A stretch of 64,000 nucleotides of DNA from Calditrichales bacterium (lineage in GTDB: Bacteria > Calditrichota > Calditrichia > Calditrichales > J004): contig OZ254086.1 of the NCBI GenBank assembly GCA_965267575.1, forward strand, positions 3,616,001 through 3,680,000, given 5' to 3'. Made by a program: the position numbers and the translations under genes. The notes below the pieces were generated by a model. The model worked only from the letters and a program-made list of their open reading frames with translations. It had not been told where the DNA came from and did no database searches. Below are positions 40,745-49,781 of the stretch, in pieces (position 1 is the stretch's first letter; each line of letters starts with the position of its first letter).

Positions 40745-42146
40745 ACTTGATGACCTGTATGTCAGTCTTTCCGAAAACGGACTGACGGCATATGTAACAA
40801 TAAACGCGTCTTATGCCGGCTTTCCTGAAGCTGAAGAAATATTTTCGAGGCTGAAGGAAAGCTCTGTTGTTTTTGGGGTCGATGAATCCGCGGTTAAGCA
40901 GATAGCCGAACAAAAACAAAGAGTGATCGCCGTACCGGTAGCCTATGGCAAAAAGCCGGTGGATATTTTAAACTGGCACTTTGATATAGAAAACCCTAAT
41001 CGTCCCACCATTACCAATCAAAACCGCGCAGATTTCAAAAATCTTAATCTTTATCAGTTTGTCAAAAAGGGCGACGTAATCGTCAATCTGCGGGCATCTG
41101 CAGATACCCAACCCGGCATGACTGTCACCGGCAAAAAAATCCCTGCACAGACGGAAAGCCCGCTACCCGATATAGCCAACGCGATTGTCGACAAAGATCA
41201 AAACGCCCTGGTAGCCGCCAAAGACGGCTATCTGATGTGGGAAGATGATAAGCTTACGCTTTCTGACGTTTTCCATGTAAAGGGTGATGTCGATTATGGC
41301 ACGGGTAACCTTAAGCTTAAAGGCACAATCATTATTGATGGCGACGTACGTTCCGGTTTTCGCGTGGAAACCGATTCCGATATTATTATCAACGGTACAG
41401 TGGACGCGGCGCACGTTTACTCGCAGCACGGCAATGTGACAATCAAAAACGGTATTCTCGGTCAGGGCAGGGCCAAGGTGCTCTGCGGAGGCTCGCTTTT
41501 CTGCGGCTATATGCAGGATGCCCACGTGGCGGTCCGTGGCGATGTGGTTCTGGAAAAATATGCTATCAATTGCATTATTTCGGCCGGCGGACTGATACGG
41601 GCCACAGAAAATGAAGGTCTGATCAGGGGCGGAATTTCAACCGCGGACAAGGGCATTATGATACGCAACGCCGGTTCACCGCGGGGTGTGTATACCGAGT
41701 TCAAGATTCGCAACTATGGTGAAGATGACAGCCAGTCCAGGATTTGGAAATTAAGCAGAACGCGATCGGAACTTGCGGTCCGGCTTTCCGGGCTTAAAAA
41801 GCGCCGCGATTTTCTGGAGCTTCTGAATAAGAACAAGGGGCTTTCCAGTGTAAAAAAAGAGGAGATGTCTTTTGTAGACGAGGAAATCGAGCGTCTGAAA
41901 GAAAAACTAAGCATGCTTGAAAGAGAAGAAATCGGTCTTCAAAAAGAGGCTTCCAGGGACAGCGTTAAAAAGGAAGTGCGCATTATTGATACCATTTACC
42001 GCAATGTATCCGTGGATATTGGCGGCCTGGAGTATTTCTGTGACAGCGAATTGCAGCATATGCGCATCTTTAAGCTGAACAATGAACTGGTTCTGGAATC
42101 ACTGCAGGGCGATTCCTACAGCCTTGAAGTGAGTGACAAAAACTAA
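40734..42146 (+). CDS. FapA/DUF342 family protein, paralog 2
   Basis: LSENGLTAY, VVFGVDE, PGMTVTGK and GDVDYGTGNL...GDVRSGF beta-helix. Confidence 0.88.
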   Translation: MLDELDDLYVSLSENGLTAYVTINASYAGFPEAEEIFSRLKESSVVFGVDESAVKQIAEQKQRVIAVPVAYGKKPVDILNWHFDIENPNRPTITNQNRADFKNLNLYQFVKKGDVIVNLRASADTQPGMTVTGKKIPAQTESPLPDIANAIVDKDQNALVAAKDGYLMWEDDKLTLSDVFHVKGDVDYGTGNLKLKGTIIIDGDVRSGFRVETDSDIIINGTVDAAHVYSQHGNVTIKNGILGQGRAKVLCGGSLFCGYMQDAHVAVRGDVVLEKYAINCIISAGGLIRATENEGLIRGGISTADKGIMIRNAGSPRGVYTEFKIRNYGEDDSQSRIWKLSRTRSELAVRLSGLKKRRDFLELLNKNKGLSSVKKEEMSFVDEEIERLKEKLSMLEREEIGLQKEASRDSVKKEVRIIDTIYRNVSVDIGGLEYFCDSELQHMRIFKLNNELVLESLQGDSYSLEVSDKN

Positions 42147-42161
42147 AAACAGGTCTGGATA

Positions 42162-43550
42162 ATGGCACAAAACAATGAAATGAAGTTCAAAATACTGGTC
42201 ATAGACGATGAGCCGGATGTCGTCGCCACGGTTTGCGATTCTGTAAACGACGACCGTTATGAATTTACAGGCGAAACGGACAGTGCCAGGGCCATGCAGC
42301 TTATTCAAAGCGAAGCTTTTGACGTGGTAATTACGGACCTTATGATGCCGGATTATAATGGAATGGATATTGTGGCCGGCGTTAAGAATAGCGGATTTGA
42401 TACTTTGGTAGTCGTCCTTACGGGACAGGCAACGCTGGAAACGGCCATTGAGTCGCTACAATTGGGCGTATATGATTATCTGCACAAGCCGATACATGCC
42501 AGAACACTGGCCTGCCTGCTGGATCGTGCCACACAACGGCTTAGCCTGCAAAGGGCAAACAAGGCGCTCACCGAGCGTAATATGAATCTGCTTAAAAATA
42601 TTGTTTTACTGACGGACGTGAGCAAAATCCTTTATCAGGTGACCGGGCTGGATGACGCACTTGATATGATAAGCGATACGCTTACGGAGTATTTTGGCTT
42701 TAAACATATCGCTTTGTTTGTAGAGAACGTTCAGGACGGCAATTTTCGCGTAAGTAAAACCAATATGGCCGACTTCAGGAGTGAAGCGGTCGTATTTACT
42801 TTGAAATCCCGCATTAACGGCGAGCACCTGGAAAAAGACAGCATTTCAGAAATTAACCTTGAGAAAGGGATCAAGGTTGACGGCAAAAGGATTGCGATAG
42901 ATAAAAGTTTTTTCAGGCTGCTGGTGGTACCTTTGGTATACCAGGAACATGTAGTGGCTTTTCTGGGCCTTTTTTTGCAGGAAAAAGAGACAAGGCTTTC
43001 TGATGATTTGCGGATGCTGCTAAATACATTGTGCGCCCAGGCAGCGCCCGTTCTGTATGCCCTGAATACCACGACGCCAAAAAGCAGACCGGCCGAAAAC
43101 CATCTTTATTACTACATCCGTGAACAGATATCAACAGCAAAAACCCTGCTCAGTCCCATATCTTTCGGGCTAATGCGCTTTGAATTATTCTCTGAAAGCG
43201 GCGAAGCATATATAATAAAAGACGTTCTTGATAATGCTACAAAGATCGTGGCCGAATATTTTGACGGACGTGCGGAGCTACTGTGGCAGACCCCGGATAC
43301 CGCGCTGCTGGTAATGCCGGATACAGACGTTTTTAACGCTGAGACGTTGTGCCGTCAGGCTAAGGAAAATCTCGCCGGAAATATCGTAGAGGGACATGAA
43401 GATCATTTTATTAAAGCCGTATATGCCTGCTCCGGTTATCCCGAAGCCGGGGAAACGGCCGGAGAGATCCTGGAGAATTTGTGGCTCAAGCTTTTTGATG
43501 AAGTGCGCCGCCACGGAGATGTATTGCAAAAACCGGAAAAACATTCATGA
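42162..43550 (+). CDS. REC + GAF-like + degenerate GGDEF-like protein
   Basis: Canonical REC (TDLMMP); GAF-like LLVVPLVY; C-terminal cyclase-like layout with WQTPDT where RxGGDE is expected. Confidence 0.7.
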   Translation: MAQNNEMKFKILVIDDEPDVVATVCDSVNDDRYEFTGETDSARAMQLIQSEAFDVVITDLMMPDYNGMDIVAGVKNSGFDTLVVVLTGQATLETAIESLQLGVYDYLHKPIHARTLACLLDRATQRLSLQRANKALTERNMNLLKNIVLLTDVSKILYQVTGLDDALDMISDTLTEYFGFKHIALFVENVQDGNFRVSKTNMADFRSEAVVFTLKSRINGEHLEKDSISEINLEKGIKVDGKRIAIDKSFFRLLVVPLVYQEHVVAFLGLFLQEKETRLSDDLRMLLNTLCAQAAPVLYALNTTTPKSRPAENHLYYYIREQISTAKTLLSPISFGLMRFELFSESGEAYIIKDVLDNATKIVAEYFDGRAELLWQTPDTALLVMPDTDVFNAETLCRQAKENLAGNIVEGHEDHFIKAVYACSGYPEAGETAGEILENLWLKLFDEVRRHGDVLQKPEKHS

Positions 43551-44110
43551 ATGATGTGAATTCTATACTGGTTGTGGATGATGATTTTAACCTGCTGGAG
43601 ATGCTGCGCGATGGCTTGTCCGAGCATGGATACCAGGTGCGTGTAGCGGCAACGCCGGACCAGGCCATGGAAAATGTGGCCAAAAATCCGGCGCAGTTTG
43701 CGCTGATTGATTATGACCTCAATGTACCGGGTACCAACGGCGTGGATCTGGCTCAAAAAATCCGTTTCCAGGCGCCTAATGTGATCATTATAATTATGAC
43801 GGGATATCAGAATATCAAATATGCCGTTGAAGCCATGCGCACATTTAAGTTCGATTATATGATCAAGCCTTTTCGTATTGACCAGGTGATAAGCGCTTTT
43901 GAGCGCACGCTTCGGGAGTTTGAGCTCATTGAAGAAAACAAAAGCCTTTACCGGGAAATCCTGGAGCTGGAAGAAGAGGTCAAAAACCTGCGCGCGGAAG
44001 TTGAGGGCGAGGATGAACCGCGTTCCTTGCGGCCCGGCTCTAAAATTAAACGCAATTCTTTATCTAAAATTAATGCTGCCGATATTTATAAAAAACAGCA
44101 AAATATGTAA
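43547..44110 (+). CDS. Response regulator (REC + coiled coil)
   Basis: VDDD, LIDYDL, MTGY and KPF, then heptads; no DNA-binding domain. Confidence 0.85.
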   Translation: MNDVNSILVVDDDFNLLEMLRDGLSEHGYQVRVAATPDQAMENVAKNPAQFALIDYDLNVPGTNGVDLAQKIRFQAPNVIIIIMTGYQNIKYAVEAMRTFKFDYMIKPFRIDQVISAFERTLREFELIEENKSLYREILELEEEVKNLRAEVEGEDEPRSLRPGSKIKRNSLSKINAADIYKKQQNM

Positions 44111-44147
44111 GCTGACGATCAGGTAATTAACCCGCTGGAATTAAACC

Positions 44148-45533
44148 GTGTCTTCACCCTATAAAATCCTTGTTGTAGATGATGATGATGATCTGCGTTT
44201 GATCATTACCGAAACATTACAGTCCGACATGTACGCCATCACGGCGGTGGCCAACGGCGAAAAGGCGTTGAACGCCCTGGAAACAGACAGCTATGACCTT
44301 GTAATCACAGATCTCATGATGCCGGGGATAAAGGGCACTGAGCTGTTGTCCAAAATAAAGGACAAGTATCCTGAGACGGGTGTTTTGCTGATGTCCGCAT
44401 ATGGTACCGTTGAAACGGCTGTGGAGTCGATGCGCAACGGCGCTTTTGATTTTATCACCAAGCCCTTCTCCATTTCACACATTGAATCGCGCGTGCAGCG
44501 CTATTTTGAATTCCACGATTTACAGAAAGAGAACAAGCAGCTTAAAAAGAAGCTGGCAGCCGGCAAGCCCGAAACCATGCTGATAGGCCAGAGCCAGGCT
44601 GCCGAAGAGCTGATGTACCATATCGATGTGGTAGCGCATAGTGAGGCGACTGTTTTTCTGCGCGGCGAAAGCGGTACCGGTAAAGAGGTCGTGGCACGTG
44701 CCATACATCAACAAAGCCAGCGCGCCGATAAGCCTTTTTTAAAGATCAATTGCGCGGCTGTGCCGGAATCACTTTTTGAAAGCACTTTGTTCGGGCATGA
44801 AAAGGGTGCTTTTAGCGGGGCCTATAAATCGCAAAAGGGCATTTTTGAAGAGTGCGACGGCGGTACGCTGCTGCTGGATGAGATAAGTGAAATACCGTAT
44901 GCCATGCAGGCAAAGTTGCTGCGTGTACTCCAGGAGATGTGCATTATTCGCGTAGGCAATACCATGGAAATTCCGATCGATGTGCGCATAATTGCCACCT
45001 CCAACCGCGATATTGAGGAGCTGATCAAAACGTCCCAATTTCGAGAGGACCTGTTTTTCCGGTTAAATGTATTCCCAATTGAGATAGCTCCGCTGCGTAA
45101 CCGAAAAAGCGATATCCCGCTGCTGGCCAATCATTTTTTGGGCAGGTTTGAGCAGAAATACAAATTCAAGGATAAATTCATCGCTGAAGAAGCCATGGAA
45201 AAGCTGATGGCTTACGACTGGCCGGGGAATGTGCGCCAGCTGGAACATATGATCGAAAGGGCCATTTTATTTTCCGCCCGCGAAAATGAAATCAAGGCGG
45301 AGCATTTACGATTTGAAAACGATCCCGCCGGACGGGACAGCTCCGGTGAAGCTGAAGCCGGGATGGCTGAGGTGATGCCGCTTGAGCAAATGGAAAAGAA
45401 AATGATTTACGCCGCGCTTAAAAAGACTAACAACCATAAAACCCAGGCGGCGGATTTGCTTGGAATAACCGTACGTACCCTGCGTAACAAGCTAAACCAG
45501 TTTGAGCAGGACAATTCTCATAGTGAAGGGTAA
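44148..45533 (+). CDS. Sigma54-dependent NtrC-family activator (FlgR/FlrC-like flagellar regulator)
   Basis: REC, GESGTGKE, GAFSGA, LLDEISE, WPGNVRQL and a Fis-type HTH; lies upstream of sigma54 flagellar promoters. Confidence 0.92.
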   Translation: MSSPYKILVVDDDDDLRLIITETLQSDMYAITAVANGEKALNALETDSYDLVITDLMMPGIKGTELLSKIKDKYPETGVLLMSAYGTVETAVESMRNGAFDFITKPFSISHIESRVQRYFEFHDLQKENKQLKKKLAAGKPETMLIGQSQAAEELMYHIDVVAHSEATVFLRGESGTGKEVVARAIHQQSQRADKPFLKINCAAVPESLFESTLFGHEKGAFSGAYKSQKGIFEECDGGTLLLDEISEIPYAMQAKLLRVLQEMCIIRVGNTMEIPIDVRIIATSNRDIEELIKTSQFREDLFFRLNVFPIEIAPLRNRKSDIPLLANHFLGRFEQKYKFKDKFIAEEAMEKLMAYDWPGNVRQLEHMIERAILFSARENEIKAEHLRFENDPAGRDSSGEAEAGMAEVMPLEQMEKKMIYAALKKTNNHKTQAADLLGITVRTLRNKLNQFEQDNSHSEG

Positions 45534-45537
45534 CACC

Positions 45538-45933
45538 ATGCGTGCACTTATTGTAGAGGATGATTTTCGGGCCAGATATATGCTGCAAAAATTTCTGCAA
45601 CCGTATTTTGACGTACACGTTGCCGTGGACGGCAGGGAAGCCATACAGGCGTTTAAAATCGCCTGGGAAGAAGACAATCCTTACACGCTGATCTGTCTCG
45701 ACATTATGCTGCCCAGGCTTGACGGGCAGGAAGCTTTGAAAGAAATCCGCTCTTTTGAAGAGGCTAAAGGTATTTTCGCGTCTGAAGGTGCGAAGGTGGT
45801 TATGACAACGGCGCTGAAGGACAGCAGAAATGTTCTTGGCGCATTTCGTACGGGCTGCGAAGCCTACCTGGTAAAACCGTTTGAACGCTCCAGGTTTCTT
45901 GAAGTCTTAAAAGATCTTAAACTCATCCACTAA
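45538..45933 (+). CDS. Single-domain response regulator
   Basis: VEDD, ICLDIMLP, MTTAL and YLVKPF. Confidence 0.88.
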   Translation: MRALIVEDDFRARYMLQKFLQPYFDVHVAVDGREAIQAFKIAWEEDNPYTLICLDIMLPRLDGQEALKEIRSFEEAKGIFASEGAKVVMTTALKDSRNVLGAFRTGCEAYLVKPFERSRFLEVLKDLKLIH

Positions 45934-45936
45934 TTG

Positions 45937-46365
45937 CTATTCCCGCAGGGCAATACCATCAATAAGTCCCAGCTTTTTCATCGTAGCCAATACGTCTTCT
46001 TTTGCGAATGGCTTGGTTATATAGTTATTTGCGCCCAGTTTAAGCGCTTTGTCAACATTGTTGTGGTTGGATAGTGAAGTAATCATAATGATCTTGACTT
46101 TATCTTCCTGCTTCAGCTTAATCTCCTCTTCAAAAGTGCGGATATTTTGCAGCGTCTCAAGACCATCCATGCGCGGCATATAAATGTCAAGGCATATCAC
46201 ATCAAACGGCATGCCGTCAAAAAACGATTCGCTGTACTTCTCAAAGGCAGCCTCGCCATTATCCGTGGAGACAATATCGCAATAGGGGCTGATTATGCGC
46301 TCCAGCATACGTCTCAACAAAAAGACGTCTTCAACGATAAGAGCCCTTAGTTTTCGATCACCCAT
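45937..46365 (-). CDS. Single-domain response regulator (paralog of 45538)
   Basis: VEDV, ICLDIYMP, MITSL and YITKPF. Confidence 0.88.
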   Translation of the reverse strand: MGDRKLRALIVEDVFLLRRMLERIISPYCDIVSTDNGEAAFEKYSESFFDGMPFDVICLDIYMPRMDGLETLQNIRTFEEEIKLKQEDKVKIIMITSLSNHNNVDKALKLGANNYITKPFAKEDVLATMKKLGLIDGIALRE

Positions 46366-46399
46366 TATTTACTCTTTAAGTTAAAAAGCACTGACTTAG

Positions 46400-46426
46400 T
46401 AATCGCATTCGCGACCTAATACTTTA
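46400..46426 (-). promoter_or_regulatory. Sigma28-type promoter of the 45937-46365 regulator
   Basis: Minus strand TAAA-N15-TGCGATTA; the -35 extends as TAAAGT. Confidence 0.6.
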
Positions 46427-46482
46427 ATTATTCTGCAATTAGCGCTGAAAGATTCCTTTCAGAACGGAGACGTTCGGTAACA

Positions 46483-46521
46483 GGAAAAATGTTCTCCCGG
46501 AAAAGGAAAGTTTTTCTTGAG
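46483..46521. promoter_or_regulatory. Putative sigma54 upstream activator sequence (copy 1)
   Basis: GGAAAAATGTTCTCCCGGAAAAGGAAAGTTTTTCTTGAG; 28/39 ungapped identity with 61390-61428. Confidence 0.7.
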
Positions 46522-46576
46522 CGCATTTTCCCAGGCCTGGTATCTGCACAACCTAATTTTTTCATAAGCCCATATT

Positions 46577-46589
46577 TATCAATAGTTTA
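46577..46589 (+). promoter_or_regulatory. IHF-like site
   Basis: TATCAATAGTTTA matches WATCAA-N4-TTR and lies between the UAS and the sigma54 promoter. Confidence 0.65.
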
Positions 46590-46617
46590 GATTGTTGATG
46601 TCTATGCAAAAAGCTTT

Positions 46618-46634
46618 TTGGCACGCAGATTGAA
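46618..46634 (+). promoter_or_regulatory. Sigma54 -24/-12 promoter of the flgB operon
   Basis: TTGGCACGCAGATTGAA; correct spacing, with GA instead of GC at -12. Confidence 0.8.
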
Positions 46635-46660
46635 TAAAGTGTTTGCGAACGAGGTGAATT

Positions 46661-47029
46661 ATGAAACTATTTGCATCGCCAAAATTAGCGCAATTTAAGA
46701 AAGCTCTGGACGTCTACAGCCGTCAGCATGAAGCAATCGCCAAAAATGTGGCCCATGCTCATGATAACAGCTATAAGCGCGTAAACACGGACTTTTCCGC
46801 GGAGCTGCAGAATCTTTCATCGCAAAAGCTGCGCACAACCGACAGCCGCCATATGGGGCCCGCCGAAAAACCGGCATCACCCGAGTTACCTGGCGAAGAC
46901 CGCAAGGTGGACCTGAACAGCGAAATGGGCGAGCTGGCCGTAAACCAGATCCGTTTTGATTTTGTAAGCAGGGTACTGGCCAAAGCATATCGCGGATTAA
47001 ATGCCAGCATAACCGGTCGTAACCAATAG
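46661..47029 (+). CDS. flgB: Flagellar basal-body rod protein
   Basis: RQHEAIAKNVAHA...YKR and VDLNSEMGELAVNQIRF. Confidence 0.9.
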   Translation: MKLFASPKLAQFKKALDVYSRQHEAIAKNVAHAHDNSYKRVNTDFSAELQNLSSQKLRTTDSRHMGPAEKPASPELPGEDRKVDLNSEMGELAVNQIRFDFVSRVLAKAYRGLNASITGRNQ

Positions 47030-47039
47030 GGGATAAGAA

Positions 47040-47522
47040 ATGAAAACACAAGGAGTGTTAGCAGCAATCAGGACAACATTGGGCGGGCTTTCCACGCAAA
47101 TGCGGCGTCTTGAGCTTATTTCCGACAATATTGCCAATGCTGAAAAGGTGCCCGGTAAAGACGGCGCCGTTTACAAAAGAAAAGTGCTTGTTTCGGAAAA
47201 CGAAAACAAACCGCAATTGCGCTTTAATGACGAGATGAAGATGCGCATGCGGCGCACTGACGACGATCATTTTGAACCCGTTGGCCGCAGCAAAGCGGCT
47301 GCAAAAGAAAAAGCGGAATACCAGATGATCGAGCAGGACGGCGAACAGATGATCTATGAGCCCAACCATCCCATGGCCGATGAAAACGGCTATGTACGCA
47401 AACCAGACGTCAACCTGGTTGAAGAGATGGTTGACCTGATATCGGCGACGCGTGTTTACGAGGCCAATGTCACCGTGATGAACGCCGCCAAAAATATTGC
47501 AAAAAAGTCACTTGAAATCTAA
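47040..47522 (+). CDS. flgC: Flagellar basal-body rod protein
   Basis: ISDNIANA, YEPNHPMADENGYVRKPDVN and RVYEAN. Confidence 0.95.
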   Translation: MKTQGVLAAIRTTLGGLSTQMRRLELISDNIANAEKVPGKDGAVYKRKVLVSENENKPQLRFNDEMKMRMRRTDDDHFEPVGRSKAAAKEKAEYQMIEQDGEQMIYEPNHPMADENGYVRKPDVNLVEEMVDLISATRVYEANVTVMNAAKNIAKKSLEI

Positions 47523-47530
47523 GGCATGCC

Positions 47531-47821
47531 ATGAAGATTAATCAGGGAATCCCCGGTCTGTACGGTCCGCAAGCACAAAAAAATCAATATCCCCGAGTTG
47601 ACCAACGGGACTTGACGGCGGACAAATACGCCGAATTAAATCCGGCTGGCAAAGAGCGCCAGAACGAAGCGCATTTTTCTTTGAAAAAGGTATTGTCTGC
47701 CCGCGAAGTCAATTCCCTGCAGGTATTGTTTGGCTATGAACAGAATCTTCAGCAGCAACTATATGGCGTAAACCGCGTGCGGAACGTGAATGCGGGTATG
47801 CTTCTGGATGTGAGAGGATAG
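47531..47821 (+). CDS. Hypothetical protein between flgC and fliE
   Basis: 96-aa ORF filling the gap with operon-like spacing; ends GMLLDVRG. Confidence 0.7.
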   Translation: MKINQGIPGLYGPQAQKNQYPRVDQRDLTADKYAELNPAGKERQNEAHFSLKKVLSAREVNSLQVLFGYEQNLQQQLYGVNRVRNVNAGMLLDVRG

Positions 47822-47830
47822 GAGAATGAT

Positions 47831-48145
47831 ATGCCTAAAATTGGTGAGTTACAAGCCGTGAACCTACGAGACCTGATACGCAACAACAGCAACGCCGGCG
47901 CGCAGCGTAACGAAAGTATAAATCCAAAAGACTTTGGTGAAACAGTTTCGGACTTTATAGACGCTGTAAACCAGAAAGCCGTCGATTCATCCAAAAAAGT
48001 AACCGACGTGATAGAAGGCCGTAGCGAAAACCTGCACGAGGCAATGGCATCGCTGGAAGAGTCAGGCCTCAGCTTTAAACTAATGCTTGAAATACGCAAT
48101 AAACTCCTGGAATCCTACCAGGAGATCCAACGCATGCAGATATAA
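47831..48145 (+). CDS. fliE: Flagellar hook-basal body protein
   Basis: NLHEAM...LMLEIRNKLLESYQEIQRMQI. Confidence 0.95.
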   Translation: MPKIGELQAVNLRDLIRNNSNAGAQRNESINPKDFGETVSDFIDAVNQKAVDSSKKVTDVIEGRSENLHEAMASLEESGLSFKLMLEIRNKLLESYQEIQRMQI

Positions 48146-48164
48146 CGGATAAAACGGAACGACC

Positions 48165-49769
48165 ATGAACCAGATCATTTCGCAATTAACTGACTTTTTT
48201 CTGCAATACAGCCTGAAACAGCGCCTTATTATAGCAGGGGTGCTTGTTGCATTTTTATCTATCGTGATTGCCCTAGTGCTGTGGGCCAACAAAACAGAGT
48301 ATGATTTGCTTTATGCCAACCTGGACCCGGCTGAAGCCAGCGAGATCGTGACAAGCCTGAACAACGACAAGATCAAATACCGTCTTGAAAACGGCGGCAC
48401 GACAATCTACGTGCAGCAGGATATGGCCGACGAAATGCGCATACGTTTCCGCGCGCAGGGTTTTGGCAGCAATACGCCCAAAGGCTGGGACGATATCTTT
48501 AGCTCCGAAAACTCCTCCATGGGTGAAACAACCACCATTACCAATATGAAAATCAAACGGGCGCTTGAAGGCGAGTTAATGAAGACGCTGAATATGATGA
48601 CCTGGATAAAAAGCAGCCGGGTGCATCTTAACATTCCGCAAAGACGCCTCTTTGATGATGAAAGCCGCGGTTCGGCCTCCGTTTACCTGACGCTGAACCA
48701 CGCCATGCCTATTTCCGACTCCCAGCTTAAAGGGATTCCGGCGCTTGTTGCCAACAGCGTGGACGGCGTTAAGCCGGAAGACGTAATCGTTGTGGATTCC
48801 GCAGGCAACCTGCTGTACAGTGGCGAAGAAGGGGTGGGCGTCGGGCAATCGGGCAATCAATGGGAGCTGACGCGCAACATAGAAAAGGAATTGAAAACGA
48901 AAGTGCGCAGCCTGATTGAAACAGCCGTGGGATTTGGCAACGCAAGCGTACAGGTAGCCGCGGAACTCAACTTTGACCAGGTGCAGCAGACTATCGAAGA
49001 TATTGATCCGGATGATGTGACCGTGCTAAGCGAGGAGATTTACAGCGAATCGCAGCAGGACAACGCCGATTCTTCTGCTGTGGCGGTTGAAAACAGCACA
49101 ACCAACTATGAATTCAGCAAAGTGGTACGCAATATCATACAGGGCACCGGCAACGTAAAGCGTCTTTCCGTCTCCGTTGCGGTTAACGGCCGCTATGATA
49201 CAATCGTAGATGAAAACGGCAACGAAACACAGCAGTATGTGCCGCGCAGCCCCGAAGAGATAGAAGCACTAACCACATTGGTGAAAGGAGCCGTCAACTT
49301 CAATGAAGATCGCGGCGACGTGGTTAATGTGATCCATACACGGTTTGCCGACCCGCCCGTTTACGAGGACAACTTCATGGATGAGTTCACCTCTCCGCAG
49401 TTGTGGAAAGATATCATTTATTACATCGTGATCGCTTTGGCGATGTTCATGGCTTTCCGTCTGTTAAAAGGTATCCTTACCGGCACGGAAGTGACCAAGA
49501 AGATCCTTTTGCCGCTGGAGATGGAGCGCAAGCGCGCACAGATCAGCTCCGGCGAATACGATGAGCAGAAAAAGCTGAAAGAAGCAGAAGAAGAGTTTGA
49601 AGCAGAAATGCTGACCGACAGCTACATGAAAAAACTAAGCCCTGAAGCACGGGCTAAAATGCGCGCCAAAGACAAGATGACGCGCGAAGTACTCAAGTTT
49701 ACGGGCGAGAAACCTGACCAGGCGACTAACCTGCTGCGGGCATGGTTGATGGAAGCCAATCAACGATAA
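48165..49769 (+). CDS. fliF: Flagellar MS-ring protein
   Basis: LLYANLD, RALEGELMKT, RVHLNIP, ASVYL and RLSVSVAVNG; two TM segments. Confidence 0.95.
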   Translation: MNQIISQLTDFFLQYSLKQRLIIAGVLVAFLSIVIALVLWANKTEYDLLYANLDPAEASEIVTSLNNDKIKYRLENGGTTIYVQQDMADEMRIRFRAQGFGSNTPKGWDDIFSSENSSMGETTTITNMKIKRALEGELMKTLNMMTWIKSSRVHLNIPQRRLFDDESRGSASVYLTLNHAMPISDSQLKGIPALVANSVDGVKPEDVIVVDSAGNLLYSGEEGVGVGQSGNQWELTRNIEKELKTKVRSLIETAVGFGNASVQVAAELNFDQVQQTIEDIDPDDVTVLSEEIYSESQQDNADSSAVAVENSTTNYEFSKVVRNIIQGTGNVKRLSVSVAVNGRYDTIVDENGNETQQYVPRSPEEIEALTTLVKGAVNFNEDRGDVVNVIHTRFADPPVYEDNFMDEFTSPQLWKDIIYYIVIALAMFMAFRLLKGILTGTEVTKKILLPLEMERKRAQISSGEYDEQKKLKEAEEEFEAEMLTDSYMKKLSPEARAKMRAKDKMTREVLKFTGEKPDQATNLLRAWLMEANQR

Positions 49770-49781
49770 GCGGAATGAGCG

